Shown here: positions 26,382 through 37,026 of the stretch, in pieces
Layout of the letters: each line of letters starts with the position of its first letter
Numbering within the stretch: position 1 is the first letter of the stretch
IMG/VR virus record: IMGVR_UViG_3300016722_000157
Location: 1-45,287 of that record
Direction: 5' to 3' (one strand)
Source: a virus
Lineage: Duplodnaviria; Caudoviricetes
Length of the DNA stretch: 45,287 nt
Made by a program: the position numbers and the translations under genes
The notes under the pieces: generated by a model
Told to the model about the DNA's origin: nothing
The model's database searches: none
What the model saw: only the letters and a program-made list of their open reading frames with translations

Positions 26382-27446
26382 TTATCCCTCCAATTGACAA
26401 CCGAAACTGGTCACTTGTCCGGAGATTAAATCCGACTCTGAAATGGCCAGACTGTATTTTCCGCTAGTACTGTCAAGAGTGGCGGTCTTGTACCCTGATG
26501 CCCCCCATGTGGTATCGAGAACTCCGGCCGCCGTATTACGGTAAATCTTCACCGTCATCGTTGAAGTGAATCCCGATGCGGTCATATAAGATGCCCCCTG
26601 GCGAATCATAAACTGAACGGTTGTAGAACCTCCCGATACTACAGAATCGCCTGTGGGAAAGAATACGTCAATGTCGTAAGGGTCTGACATGTCAACGAGT
26701 GATATGGTGTCGGATACCGTCTTATTATAGGTTGAAGAACCCGAATCGGTATCCTTGCAGGTACAACGGAAGATGGCCGTATTGAGTACTGCGCTTGACG
26801 GTATCGTAATCTCATTCGTGTTATAACCGGTAATCCCGAGCGTATTGGATGATGTGATTGTCGTCCATGAACCGCCCGATAGAACTTCCCACATATATGT
26901 AACATCCGTCGTATCGATGGTGGAGCCACGATACATGTCGCAGTGGGCTTTGAGTGTTGAAACCTGCCCATTCTTGAATATCTGGTCTTGCGGAGCGTAT
27001 GCGACCGCCCTTATGCTTGTACCTGTATTCGATACCTTGACAATGTTGATGGTCGCTGTGATCGGAATTTCTACAAGTGTCGTCGGCTCCACATAAATGG
27101 CGTTAAATACAATGCTGTATTGCGAATCCGACACGAGATTCTTTTTGATTGTCAGTGCATAAGGAGCCGATGCCGATGCCGTAGCACTGAATGTTGACAG
27201 CGTTCCGCTTCCGTTGATGGTGATTGTGGGAGCCGCCTTTAATTTTGCGATCTGGTCGGAAGATTGCCCCGAGATATACAGTGCCGGTGTAATCACGAGA
27301 TACGGACTGGCCGCGAAATCCGGTGCATACGTAGATGGATCGGGTGTGAATATCTGCGTAGTCGGAACGTTTGCCGATAAGACGAAGTTCAGCGTCTTAC
27401 CGTTTACGATTCTCTTTATCGAGAATGATGTCTGTGCTTGAATCAT
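26382..27446 (-). CDS. Ig-like repeat tail protein
   Basis: Ser/Thr-rich beta protein; VTYMWE...W and FRCTC Ig-like motifs. Confidence 0.65.
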   Translation of the reverse strand: MIQAQTSFSIKRIVNGKTLNFVLSANVPTTQIFTPDPSTYAPDFAASPYLVITPALYISGQSSDQIAKLKAAPTITINGSGTLSTFSATASASAPYALTIKKNLVSDSQYSIVFNAIYVEPTTLVEIPITATINIVKVSNTGTSIRAVAYAPQDQIFKNGQVSTLKAHCDMYRGSTIDTTDVTYMWEVLSGGSWTTITSSNTLGITGYNTNEITIPSSAVLNTAIFRCTCKDTDSGSSTYNKTVSDTISLVDMSDPYDIDVFFPTGDSVVSGGSTTVQFMIRQGASYMTASGFTSTMTVKIYRNTAAGVLDTTWGASGYKTATLDSTSGKYSLAISESDLISGQVTSFGCQLEG

Positions 27447-27463
27447 AACAATATGTTTTTAAA

Positions 27464-28996
27464 TTAGAAATTTGTTGTTGAGATCACTTTTTTGTCATTA
27501 TCCAGAAACTGACAGATGAAAGCCGTATCACCCGCCAAATCCTGATAAGTAATGTCTATCGAAGAGGCGGAGGATTCATGCAGCTCGTTCCATGTAGGAT
27601 CACCGGCTGTATTCTCCGACACTCTACTCCAAACGAATCGGGTTGACGGCAGTGTATCCGTTATGTCTTTCTCATTGTAGAATATCCGAATAGATAGAGT
27701 GGCCTTGTAGGTGGTTTGTCCTTCCGTATAGAACTCGAACATGGGACTTGTGAACTTCTCAATCCGGTACCCTGTATGTTGTGTTAAGTCCGTCACGCTA
27801 CCATCTTCAGTTTGTATCCGGAACGATTTGGCAACGAATTCATCTCCTTTCGGTGATAGTACAGTTTTCCTTTTACCTTCTAACGAATAGGCATTCACGC
27901 CCGCATATTCGATAAATGCGGGAGCATCGTCACCGGTAACGACAATCTCGATCAGATTCTGTCTGTCGGTATTTGTCCTATTGCCCATTTGAACGATAGA
28001 ATCTCCAGCAGTAGGTATGTCCGTTCCGTCACAGTCCGTTTTTGAAAGCTCTATATAATCGTCTCCGACAGCTGTGACGAGACGCCAATAATACTTATTC
28101 GCTACACCTGTATATTTGCCCGCCTTGATATTGAAAGTCTGACAGCGTGCCTGGTCGCCTATGGCAAAGCCATTTATTGTAGCCGTCGTTCCGTCATCAG
28201 CCAGGAAATAACATTTGTAAGATGCATCCGTTTCTTCCACTTTGCAAATCTTACATCCCGCACTCGAGAAGATGATGTTACCGCCAACGTACGATAGCTT
28301 CCGAATTTCAAGTTCGCTAAATATTGCTTTCACTCTCACCAGCAGCTCGTCGACTTCCATATAAGACTTACCGTCCGCTTTTTTGTAAACGGCAAAGCCA
28401 GAGCCAAATTGCCCTGCCGTGAAATTGTCAGACTTCAGAAATGTAGTAACGATACCGCCGAGGAGCTTTACGAGGAATTCGGTAGAATCTTCCTTATCTT
28501 TGCGCATAAACATGCCTACAGCCCTTAAGGCCGACAAAAAAGAAGAATCTTTAATATCCGTATCACTGATATTGTCAGTCGAAATGATGATATCGGATAA
28601 TGATTTGCCACCTATTTTCAGACCTTTGATAAAAGTGATGACTTCAGATGCGGTATCGGCGTCCGTTTTGGAAAGATATATTTTTTTAAGACTCTCCATC
28701 GCAGCGGATATTTCTTTTGAAAGTCTTTTCGTCGATGGTACCTTTTCATCGGAAAATGCTTCATTAGAATTCTCAGTGATAATCCTTGACGTTATTTCAA
28801 ACAAAGTTCGCAAGGAAGACAATACGTTGCTGTCCGTAAATTGGGTATTGTCAAGCTTTTTAATGATGTCCACATTACTTGTACCATTAGGCACTACCGA
28901 AATATTTCCGCTATTTATAACGGTAGTCCCTTTTGGGTAGTTTCCGCTTCGCGGAGTGGATGGTATACTTCTTGATATGACGTTTACGTCTTTCAT
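27464..28996 (-). CDS. Tail tip / fibre-associated structural protein
   Basis: Three D..V/F.S.LR-type repeats; EVDELLVR; YYWRLV; QMGNRTNTDRQ. Confidence 0.7.
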   Translation of the reverse strand: MKDVNVISRSIPSTPRSGNYPKGTTVINSGNISVVPNGTSNVDIIKKLDNTQFTDSNVLSSLRTLFEITSRIITENSNEAFSDEKVPSTKRLSKEISAAMESLKKIYLSKTDADTASEVITFIKGLKIGGKSLSDIIISTDNISDTDIKDSSFLSALRAVGMFMRKDKEDSTEFLVKLLGGIVTTFLKSDNFTAGQFGSGFAVYKKADGKSYMEVDELLVRVKAIFSELEIRKLSYVGGNIIFSSAGCKICKVEETDASYKCYFLADDGTTATINGFAIGDQARCQTFNIKAGKYTGVANKYYWRLVTAVGDDYIELSKTDCDGTDIPTAGDSIVQMGNRTNTDRQNLIEIVVTGDDAPAFIEYAGVNAYSLEGKRKTVLSPKGDEFVAKSFRIQTEDGSVTDLTQHTGYRIEKFTSPMFEFYTEGQTTYKATLSIRIFYNEKDITDTLPSTRFVWSRVSENTAGDPTWNELHESSASSIDITYQDLAGDTAFICQFLDNDKKVISTTNF

Positions 28997-31119
28997 CTTT
29001 CTATCATTTTACATTCAAACTTATTAAGTCCTACGGTTATCGTTCCGCCTGAAATAATGAATTTCTTATTAACAATATAATTGTCCGACAAAATTGAAAT
29101 AGGGTTTAGATCGTCTGAATTATTGATTTGCTGCGTTAATTTCAGCCTTGTATGATCATATCTATTAATGATTCTTTTTATAAGTGACTCTTCTAGTCGG
29201 ACAAGTTTAGATTCAATGGCGGAATATAAATTATCTTTTAGATAATCATTTCCTAGTGTTAGTTTTGAATAACACGCACCATCTTCGTTATAAGAAGAAA
29301 TTTTCAATTCTATTTCATCTAGTTCATTTACATAGTCACTATTTACTACGTTCTCGTATGTTCTATCAGTTCCGCTAGAGCTTTCAGCTGAAGTTACCCC
29401 GTCTGATTTAGAGAATGTCAATTTAAAATCTTTTATATATACAGCGGATACCTCATCGTCTACTGTTGGGGTGTAGAGATGAAATTCAGGACTCCCAAAT
29501 ATAGGGGTTGACGGTAAAGGTATAATATATCCGGATGCAGAGCTATAAGGCATTCCGAATGTTTTTGTTTCTGGAAAACCTCTATATTCTGTATATGATT
29601 CCTCCTTTTCAATTTTAATAGTAAATTTGCTTTCTGTCGTCGTCCATGTTAAACCATTCCAATAATAATCACCAATCTTTAGCATCATTGTAAAAGTAAT
29701 GTCGGTATTACTCCCGCAATTGGTATTATATGAATGTACTTTTTTATCTTTGCTTGCAGCCACAGAACCGGTTAAATAAAAACACCCGTCCGCATAGGCT
29801 GAAAGAGGTAGTTGATTTTTAAAGCTGAGTAGGTCTAAATTATCAGGTAAGGTGTATTCGTCTTTTAATGACTTCTCACCGTATGCTTTTGCTGATTTCA
29901 AATATAAGGCGATGCAGTTGTCGTAAGCTATGCTTCCCGTAGTCCAAGATGCTTCCCCGAATTGATTTAATTTATAAGATGCAAATGTGTTTCTAACTAT
30001 AAATGATCCCAGATATAAATAGCTAACAATCTTACCAATATAACTGGATAATTCAGGTATAGTATCACTATAGTTTAAAGTATTATATATTTGAGTATAT
30101 GTTTCTACTATCGAATCAAATAGATAACCATCCGCGTTTGCGTCACCTATGCTCCCCAACACTCCAACAAAATCCGGTTGAAATCCCCAAGTGAAATTGT
30201 TATTATTTATTTCACCAACCTTTTTTAATACACGATAGTATTTCTGTTCGGGGAAAATATCGCCTACATTATAATTTGAATCCTTAACGGTACATTTCGT
30301 ATACCCCCCAATAATATCCAATGTATGATCACCTCCTTTAAACCCGATATTTTGAACGATTAATGTGTTAGGGGTATAAGTGCCTGATTTAGTTGTTAAA
30401 GCTCCGTCATAAATCCAATAATCACCCATGTGGTCACAGTCCACAAAATAGATAGAGCCCTTAAAATCCACACATGTCCATGCTAGGATTTTGCATATAC
30501 TTTCCAATATCTCTTTTAATTTCATGGCTTTACCATCTTCATCGAAGAAGTTTTGTTCTGAAATAAGCATACTATCTAAGATATTCTTTGTCTTAGTAGT
30601 GTAATTATCTGCGGAATCGGAATACACATAGGGGATATAAACAGAAGAATAATTGCCATTCGAAGAGGTGATACACTTCTGTAGTAAATACCATAAGGAA
30701 ACGAATTGTAAAGTGTCTCCCCTTTTTGAATAATCAATGTATTCAAGTGTAGAAAGAGAGGAGATACACTCTATTTCTAAAATGAAAGTCGTAGAGGTGT
30801 AGTCTTGTGTATATGTCTCAGGTTTTACAAATCCGCACCATTTGACTACTCCGTTTTTAAGAAGAGTAACCCTATGTTGCTGATATGAAGTAGTGGATAG
30901 ATTCATAAGGTAATCGTTTCCGGCAATACTTATTTTTGCCGTAGAAAACCTAGTCGGAGTATATATAAAATCTTCATCCTCTACATCTATTGTGAAAGGT
31001 GTTTCCCCTGCCTGTAGCTCGATGGATACTCCTGTATAATCTTTTTCTTCTATGTTTATGACGCAAGGATCATTCTCTAATGTCATAAAAGGTATTGTAT
31101 ATATTAAACCATAGCTCAT
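28993..31119 (-). CDS. Distal tail / hub-like protein
   Basis: Follows tape measure; WCGFVKPETYTQDY, IECISSLSTLEY. Confidence 0.7.
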   Translation of the reverse strand: MSYGLIYTIPFMTLENDPCVINIEEKDYTGVSIELQAGETPFTIDVEDEDFIYTPTRFSTAKISIAGNDYLMNLSTTSYQQHRVTLLKNGVVKWCGFVKPETYTQDYTSTTFILEIECISSLSTLEYIDYSKRGDTLQFVSLWYLLQKCITSSNGNYSSVYIPYVYSDSADNYTTKTKNILDSMLISEQNFFDEDGKAMKLKEILESICKILAWTCVDFKGSIYFVDCDHMGDYWIYDGALTTKSGTYTPNTLIVQNIGFKGGDHTLDIIGGYTKCTVKDSNYNVGDIFPEQKYYRVLKKVGEINNNNFTWGFQPDFVGVLGSIGDANADGYLFDSIVETYTQIYNTLNYSDTIPELSSYIGKIVSYLYLGSFIVRNTFASYKLNQFGEASWTTGSIAYDNCIALYLKSAKAYGEKSLKDEYTLPDNLDLLSFKNQLPLSAYADGCFYLTGSVAASKDKKVHSYNTNCGSNTDITFTMMLKIGDYYWNGLTWTTTESKFTIKIEKEESYTEYRGFPETKTFGMPYSSASGYIIPLPSTPIFGSPEFHLYTPTVDDEVSAVYIKDFKLTFSKSDGVTSAESSSGTDRTYENVVNSDYVNELDEIELKISSYNEDGACYSKLTLGNDYLKDNLYSAIESKLVRLEESLIKRIINRYDHTRLKLTQQINNSDDLNPISILSDNYIVNKKFIISGGTITVGLNKFECKMIER
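29067..29090 (-). promoter_or_regulatory. Late motif copy 4 (TGTCGGACA-N7-TGTTAATA), intragenic
   Basis: Same spacing as other copies; about 70 nt upstream of ATG 28996. Confidence 0.5.
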
Positions 31120-34100
31120 AATGTTTTTCTCCCTCTTCTTTTTAATTCATTGTTTATGGTCAATAAAATATCTGTTCCTCTCACTTTTGAGGTAATGGTA
31201 CTGCTTATGGCGGAACCACCACCTAACGCCCCGCTATTTATAGCCCTGAATAGATTTGATTGTTGTGATTTGTTTAAAATCATCTCTCCGCTGTTCACTC
31301 GAGCCAGCACATTATCTCCACTAGTGGAATTTCCGCCTATAATACCCCCTGTAGCAAATGCAGGAATTTGCGCTGCTTTTATCATGGCTAACATAGCCGT
31401 AACTTGACCGGAAGCTAATCCTGCACCAATAAACGGGATACCTGCATAAGCTGCTGCACTTTCAGCAGCCATTAACCCTTGTGCAGATATTTGAGCCGCT
31501 TCGTTAGCTACTACTTCTGCTGCCTTTGCTTCAACATGAGCAGTTGCGCCAGCGGTAACAGCAGCAGTTTCTGTAGTTTGAGTTCCTGCTTGCACGATCG
31601 CTTCTGCTTTTTTTGCGAGCCCTAATTTTGTTGTTAATTCAGTCAGGTTTTCTATGGTATCTGACACGGAATTTATAGTATCTATCACAGAAGAAAAGGC
31701 ATCCCACAAAGACATTAATTTCTTCCATGCACTAGCATTGCTTCCTAATGTGCTAGTAAGATTTTCCATAGCACTCTCTATGTTTTCTACGCCGCTTACA
31801 GCATCTTTTATCCCATCCCAATTAGTCCTCGATACTTCTTTTTGAATGTCTTTAATGTCTTGCTTTAAAACTGCTAATTTCAGGACGTTCTCTTTGCTTT
31901 CAGCATCTTTTATCAGTTTATCTATCTCAGAAGAAACATATCCACCTAGCTCCTTTGCCTTATCTTTAAGTACTTGAACATATTCTTCGATTCTTTGCAA
32001 CTCTTCTTCGTTGGATTCGTTCTTCTGCTTCCTATAGTCAAAGGTGGTATCCGTCTTTTTATCTTTAAGTGTCGGTATATTGAGGTTCTCTATGGTCGCT
32101 TTCTGCATTCGTTTAACGAATTCATCGGCTCCGTCTCCAATATTTTTTATGGATATAGCGGATTTTGCGGCCTCAAGAGACAAACTCGAAACTGCGCTAT
32201 TATAGTCTTCTTGGGACATAAGCCCGTCTTCAAGCATCTTTCTATTAGTCTCTACATCTTCTGCGTATTTGCTTTGAACTCCTGAGAGATCAGACAGAGC
32301 GACATCATATTTTAATTTATCCAAGAATCCGTTTGCGTCATTTCCTATATTCTTTATTGATAATGCCTTATCGGAGTAGGTTTTGGCTAGTTCCTTTGTC
32401 TTTTCGCTTAATTCCTCCTGAGTGATATTCCCATTTTCAAATTTCTTTTTATATACGTCAAGTTTATCTTCATATTCTTTGGTTACATCGTTAAGTGAAT
32501 CTATGGGATTTGTTTTTGGGTTATCTACTCTATTTTGAAGCATTTTATAGAAAGAGCTTCCTAGTACGCCTTTATCTCCGGATGCTTTTGCTTTTGCAAG
32601 GGCGTCAACATTCAGCTTGTCATACGCTTTATTGTAAGCTGTTTGAGTAATAAGATGGTTTTTTAGTTCTTCATTAAGTTTCTGATAGGTCCTATTATAT
32701 GTCTCTTCCTCTTTCTGTAATTCAGTTTTTTTAGTAGGAGTAGTGGGAGTAGTATCCATTTTAGGCAAACTATTAGGAATATAGGATTGAGCCTGCTTAT
32801 GGTAATAAATTTTAGTCTCACTTATTGCTTTGAGGTCTGCCAAATCATTAACCATCGCTTGGTAAAAGGCGTTTGCGTTTCCTGTTACGCCCGTCCTTTT
32901 CACTATATCATCATATCCGGCCTTATCTTTGCGGAGTTGGTCCATCGTGCTAGTCCTCTTATCGTCCATCTCCAATTCTTTCTCAATAGCATGTTGAGCT
33001 CTTGCTGCATCCTCTAAATATTTTACCCTGTCTTTTACGGCTTTTGTTATATTGCCGTTTACTTTCAAGCTTTCACTATCAATGGTGAAATTTGTTTTTA
33101 GTTGGGTGTTTAATTCTTTGAGTACATTTTTTCTGCTTGCAAGATTATTTTTGATATTATCAATATAATCTAACTCGTTTTTTAATTTAATTGTTTCATC
33201 GCTGCTGCCGACGCTTTTCATATCTTTCTTTGCATCAGAAAGCATTTCTCTTGCCTTTTTAGCGCGTTCGTATGAATTGTATATTTTTGTACCTATCATT
33301 GATATTATCGTGAATAGCGCCATTGGAACGGCGTACGATAATATGGATTTAATAGCTACGGCAAATCTAGCGGTAGCTGTCTTAATTGTATTTAATGTCT
33401 TTTCCCATTTAGATGGTATTACGGCGGACGATGCGTCTATGGCAGAAATTCTCGCTTCCTCTGCGGCAGCAGCTTCCCTTTTTATGTATTTGAAATAATC
33501 TTTACTAGCGTTTTCGATTCTTGCCGTAGCCGCCTTAGTTTCTTTTTCGGTTTTTGAATTTATATATGCTGTTTCCGCAAGTCTCATTTCTTCTTCTGCG
33601 GCCATCCTCTTTCTTGTTATGTCTGCCAATTTTGAGGAGGTTTTATTTGCATCTTCCACTAATTCTGCATTGCGTAGTTTTCCTAAAGATGCTACCGTTT
33701 CTTTTTTGGCTAGCTCTTCAGCTTTTAGTGCGGCATCTAATCTTATTTTTGACTGTAACGATCCTCCACTTCTTTCAACTTCAACCTCTGCGGCCATGCG
33801 CTCTTTGGTTGCATCTACTAAAAGTTTGTTTGATTTATTAGCCTGAATTTCTAATGCTTTTGCTTGAGACGCACTCGATTTTATAAATTGAGCCCCTTTC
33901 GAAAGAGCATATCCGATAACAACAGACCAAAAGGTCGATACAATATTTTTTATATTCCCAGCTGCTGTTTTTATTAAAGATGTTATCCCATCTATCAGTG
34001 ATTTATATTTCTCCTTTACAGTCGTATTCTTTTCCATTTCTATAAACGCGTTATCCATACGTTTGATAGAAGTTTCCAAGTTATCTGTATTAACATTTGG

Positions 34101-34748
34101 GATAAGTTTGTTTAAGGCATCGGCAAATTTTGGTAACACATCAGCAGAAAGAAGTTGCCCTTTTTTCATAAGGTTGTCAAGGCTTCCTATTGAACCTCCG
34201 GCAGCCATCGCCATCGCATTAATGGCAACAGGAAGTTTTTCACCCATCTGTAAACGAAGTTCCTGTGCTTGAATCTTTCCTTTACCCATCATTTGGGTTA
34301 ATGCGAGAAATACGGAATTTGTATCTTCTGCCGTCAGAGAGAAAGCAGTACAGGCTCTATCTACCGATTCAAATATCTTTCTTTGATCGGCAAGTGGCAT
34401 ATTCATCAAATTTCCTGCTGCCGTGAATTTTGCAAACTCGCTAGTAAGAACGTTTACATTCGTTCCATACTTTTCGGAAAGTTGTATTGCCCACTTTTGA
34501 TTCTTAACATACTCTTGTATAGACGGAGAGATATTTTTAAGTGCCGTAGTTGCCCTATTGGTTTCTCGTGCCGTATCAATTAGTTTAGAGACGAATCCAG
34601 TTATAGACATGTCCGCAACCCGTAAAGCGGCAATAAAAGTCGCTACCTGCATCCGCATGGAAGCAAAACCACTTTTTACACTACTTACTCCGTCTTTGAA
34701 TTTGGCGGTAAGCAGATTTAGCGCGATGGAAAAATTAAGCTGTGCCAT
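31116..34748 (-). CDS. Tape measure protein
   Basis: 1210 aa helical; ALTQMMGKGKIQAQELRLQMGE; C-terminal FATGGII...ARVNSGEMIL. Confidence 0.93.
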   Translation of the reverse strand: MAQLNFSIALNLLTAKFKDGVSSVKSGFASMRMQVATFIAALRVADMSITGFVSKLIDTARETNRATTALKNISPSIQEYVKNQKWAIQLSEKYGTNVNVLTSEFAKFTAAGNLMNMPLADQRKIFESVDRACTAFSLTAEDTNSVFLALTQMMGKGKIQAQELRLQMGEKLPVAINAMAMAAGGSIGSLDNLMKKGQLLSADVLPKFADALNKLIPNVNTDNLETSIKRMDNAFIEMEKNTTVKEKYKSLIDGITSLIKTAAGNIKNIVSTFWSVVIGYALSKGAQFIKSSASQAKALEIQANKSNKLLVDATKERMAAEVEVERSGGSLQSKIRLDAALKAEELAKKETVASLGKLRNAELVEDANKTSSKLADITRKRMAAEEEMRLAETAYINSKTEKETKAATARIENASKDYFKYIKREAAAAEEARISAIDASSAVIPSKWEKTLNTIKTATARFAVAIKSILSYAVPMALFTIISMIGTKIYNSYERAKKAREMLSDAKKDMKSVGSSDETIKLKNELDYIDNIKNNLASRKNVLKELNTQLKTNFTIDSESLKVNGNITKAVKDRVKYLEDAARAQHAIEKELEMDDKRTSTMDQLRKDKAGYDDIVKRTGVTGNANAFYQAMVNDLADLKAISETKIYYHKQAQSYIPNSLPKMDTTPTTPTKKTELQKEEETYNRTYQKLNEELKNHLITQTAYNKAYDKLNVDALAKAKASGDKGVLGSSFYKMLQNRVDNPKTNPIDSLNDVTKEYEDKLDVYKKKFENGNITQEELSEKTKELAKTYSDKALSIKNIGNDANGFLDKLKYDVALSDLSGVQSKYAEDVETNRKMLEDGLMSQEDYNSAVSSLSLEAAKSAISIKNIGDGADEFVKRMQKATIENLNIPTLKDKKTDTTFDYRKQKNESNEEELQRIEEYVQVLKDKAKELGGYVSSEIDKLIKDAESKENVLKLAVLKQDIKDIQKEVSRTNWDGIKDAVSGVENIESAMENLTSTLGSNASAWKKLMSLWDAFSSVIDTINSVSDTIENLTELTTKLGLAKKAEAIVQAGTQTTETAAVTAGATAHVEAKAAEVVANEAAQISAQGLMAAESAAAYAGIPFIGAGLASGQVTAMLAMIKAAQIPAFATGGIIGGNSTSGDNVLARVNSGEMILNKSQQSNLFRAINSGALGGGSAISSTITSKVRGTDILLTINNELKRRGRKTL

Positions 34749-35325
34749 TGTCCTGCTTTTTATATTGATTCATTATTTTTTCAAATTCTTCTTCACTCAT
34801 AACCTCTGTTTTCTCTTCTTCTTCTTCATTGTCCCAGGGGAAAGAAAGAATGTCTTCAACTCCATTCTTAAGTTTAGAGGTATCCATGTGCGGTAACATG
34901 GTTAAGAATGTAAACGTTCTCTTATCTTCAAGTTCTGTACGTCTTTTTGTTTCTAAAGATTTAGCTAATAAAGGCAAATCTTGTATTTCCATTTCTTCCA
35001 TTACAAAATGAGGGTCAATACCGGAAACGATTAAAAATGATATAATGTCCTTCATGCATCCTTTATTATCGCCATCCCCTTTTGAGTCTTCTGATTTTGG
35101 CATGAATTGAGACGATACGGTAAGGTATTTGCTAATACCCTTTATCATTTCTCTTACGACCTTTTTGTTTTTAAATACTTCCTTAAAAACATCAAACGTG
35201 ACATCTGAATTATCACAAACATATAGCAGATATTGAATGTCTTCCTCGGAGGAATAATCCATATCAAAAAATGATTTGCCGGTAATCTGTTCCCAGCGTA
35301 TTATATTTTTAAGTGTAATCTTCAT
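34735..35325 (-). CDS. Tail assembly chaperone
   Basis: Between tail tube and tape measure; LSFPWD. Confidence 0.7.
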   Translation of the reverse strand: MKITLKNIIRWEQITGKSFFDMDYSSEEDIQYLLYVCDNSDVTFDVFKEVFKNKKVVREMIKGISKYLTVSSQFMPKSEDSKGDGDNKGCMKDIISFLIVSGIDPHFVMEEMEIQDLPLLAKSLETKRRTELEDKRTFTFLTMLPHMDTSKLKNGVEDILSFPWDNEEEEEKTEVMSEEEFEKIMNQYKKQDNGTA

Positions 35326-35327
35326 AC

Positions 35328-35355
35328 ATAAAGAGGGAGGTTAATCGCCTCCCTC
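35328..35355 (-). terminator. Terminator after tail tube gene
   Basis: GAGGGAGG/CCTCCCTC stem with TTTAT tail on minus strand. Confidence 0.6.
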
Positions 35356-35383
35356 CTCCATTTAATTATACAATAGATGAATT

Positions 35384-35869
35384 TTAGCCAGCTTGCTGTG
35401 CGGTACCGGCAACGGGAGTTAGCGCTCCTACACCTTTGAAAGTAGCACTACAGGTAGCCAATGTACCTGACTCGGATGTTAGTTCCAAAGAGGTGATAAT
35501 TGCCTTACCTGTATACGACTTTTGTGTCGCATCCGGCGTGAAAGTACCTCCGAAAGCATCTTTGTCAGTTGATGCTCCAGGAGCGAATTTGAAACTAAGA
35601 GGAGTACCTGCTATCCATGCGTCCAAAAGGGTGTCATAGCTGTATGCACCTGTTTTCTTGGTTGTAAGAGCATCACTAGTAATACTGAATGATCTTTTTC
35701 CAGCTAAAGAGCCAGCCCAATCTCCCATCATCTTGTTGGAGACGTCTATTTCATCCGTTGTAGCGGATAGTTTGCTTGATTTTTCGAATGCCAACGGATT
35801 GTCTTCGATAAATAGCATAAGCGAACCTTTAAAAATGTCCGCACTTGAATCTAATTTTACTGCTGCCAT
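35384..35869 (-). CDS. Major tail tube protein
   Basis: EIDVSNK, W...LAGKRSFSIT, YTGKAIITSL, SATFKGVGAL. Confidence 0.88.
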   Translation of the reverse strand: MAAVKLDSSADIFKGSLMLFIEDNPLAFEKSSKLSATTDEIDVSNKMMGDWAGSLAGKRSFSITSDALTTKKTGAYSYDTLLDAWIAGTPLSFKFAPGASTDKDAFGGTFTPDATQKSYTGKAIITSLELTSESGTLATCSATFKGVGALTPVAGTAQQAG

Positions 35870-35876
35870 AATTTTA

Positions 35877-36248
35877 TTATTTAATGGTGAATTGAAGTAT
35901 TTGAATATATTTTCTGTCTACTATGTTCTCTGTTGAGTCTTGTAGCCTTATTTTACTTATGCTTCCTGTATAATCACCTACAAGACATTTAAATATAGCC
36001 ATCGCTATTTGTTGTGAGGTTAAATAACTTTCTGCCACCACTCCGATATTAACTATTGCGACAATATCGGATATTCCCTCTTTTGTTTCCTCTGTCTTTG
36101 TTCCGTCTCTTTGGTAAAATATGAAACTACCCTCAGTATCATCGGGGGCTACTATGGGATATATTTTATCTAGTACGAACGACTTTATAGCATCGTCAGC
36201 TATAAGTAAACTTCTTGCCTCAGTTGTGGCGTTAAATGGATTGATCAT
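35877..36248 (-). CDS. Tail terminator (DUF3168-like)
   Basis: KIYPIVAP...FIFYQR; position. Confidence 0.7.
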   Translation of the reverse strand: MINPFNATTEARSLLIADDAIKSFVLDKIYPIVAPDDTEGSFIFYQRDGTKTEETKEGISDIVAIVNIGVVAESYLTSQQIAMAIFKCLVGDYTGSISKIRLQDSTENIVDRKYIQILQFTIK

Positions 36249-36703
36249 CTTCTTGCGTTTATACGTTCTACGTTCATTCTTACTGCTTCTAGCAATTTCT
36301 CTGACGCCGGTATTTTTTCGCTTTCAAAGGCGTCCGTCCAAAAGTGATTTGCCGGCATAATTCCTCTGTAAGAGCCATTTTTAGTATACCTTGGTGCGGT
36401 ACCTCTGTCTACTAGGTGCGCATGATTGCCGGCGTTCTCATATTGTACCCATTTAGTACTTCTTCTAAAACCCACAAGACCGCCAAGACTGTTACGCTTT
36501 ATATGATTTAAGAAAGAATTCTCGAGTGCACCAGTATGCTTACCATGATAAAGCATCCTTTCAAGCAGATTGGTTTGCCCTTTGCGCTTGAAAACATTCA
36601 GAGCCGCACGTATGCCGTTTTTAATGGATTTGTCTTTTTCGAAGTCTTCAAGATTCCGGACCAAGTACAAAACATCATTTTCGTCATATTCTGCTACTAT
36701 CAT
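36245..36703 (-). CDS. HK97 gp10-like tail completion protein
   Basis: TGALENS, HAHLVDRGT, MPANHFW. Confidence 0.8.
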   Translation of the reverse strand: MIVAEYDENDVLYLVRNLEDFEKDKSIKNGIRAALNVFKRKGQTNLLERMLYHGKHTGALENSFLNHIKRNSLGGLVGFRRSTKWVQYENAGNHAHLVDRGTAPRYTKNGSYRGIMPANHFWTDAFESEKIPASEKLLEAVRMNVERINARR

Positions 36704-37026
36704 AAGTTCAATTTTTCAAGCGTTAATTTTATGGAGTTGTCCTCTATGATTCTTTCCAATAGTTTTATACGATATGTTGTACCATCGTAAGCGACCCTAC
36801 ATGTGTCTTTTATTCTCTGATAGTTCCTCAATTGGAAAACCATGTTTGTATCGTCAAAAAGCTCTTTTGCGTTAACATCCGACTTTATCACAATCGTATT
36901 GCTTTTGAGTTTTCCCGCTTTGCAAGAGAAAGCTTTTTGATAACTTTTTGTTTCCTCACCTGTTTCATTCTTGCTTTTTACAAGCTCTAGGAAGTCTAAC
37001 GTATATATTAGTGCGCCTGCATTCAT
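36700..37026 (-). CDS. Head closure protein (SPP1 gp16-like)
   Basis: MNAGAL, NETGE, RVAYDGTTYRI. Confidence 0.75.
   Translation of the reverse strand: MNAGALIYTLDFLELVKSKNETGEETKSYQKAFSCKAGKLKSNTIVIKSDVNAKELFDDTNMVFQLRNYQRIKDTCRVAYDGTTYRIKLLERIIEDNSIKLTLEKLNL

Noticed and set aside
24225-28996. Diversity-generating retroelement or invertible fibre cassette
   Set aside because: No reverse transcriptase or invertase, and no template/variable repeat pair or crossover repeats seen by eye
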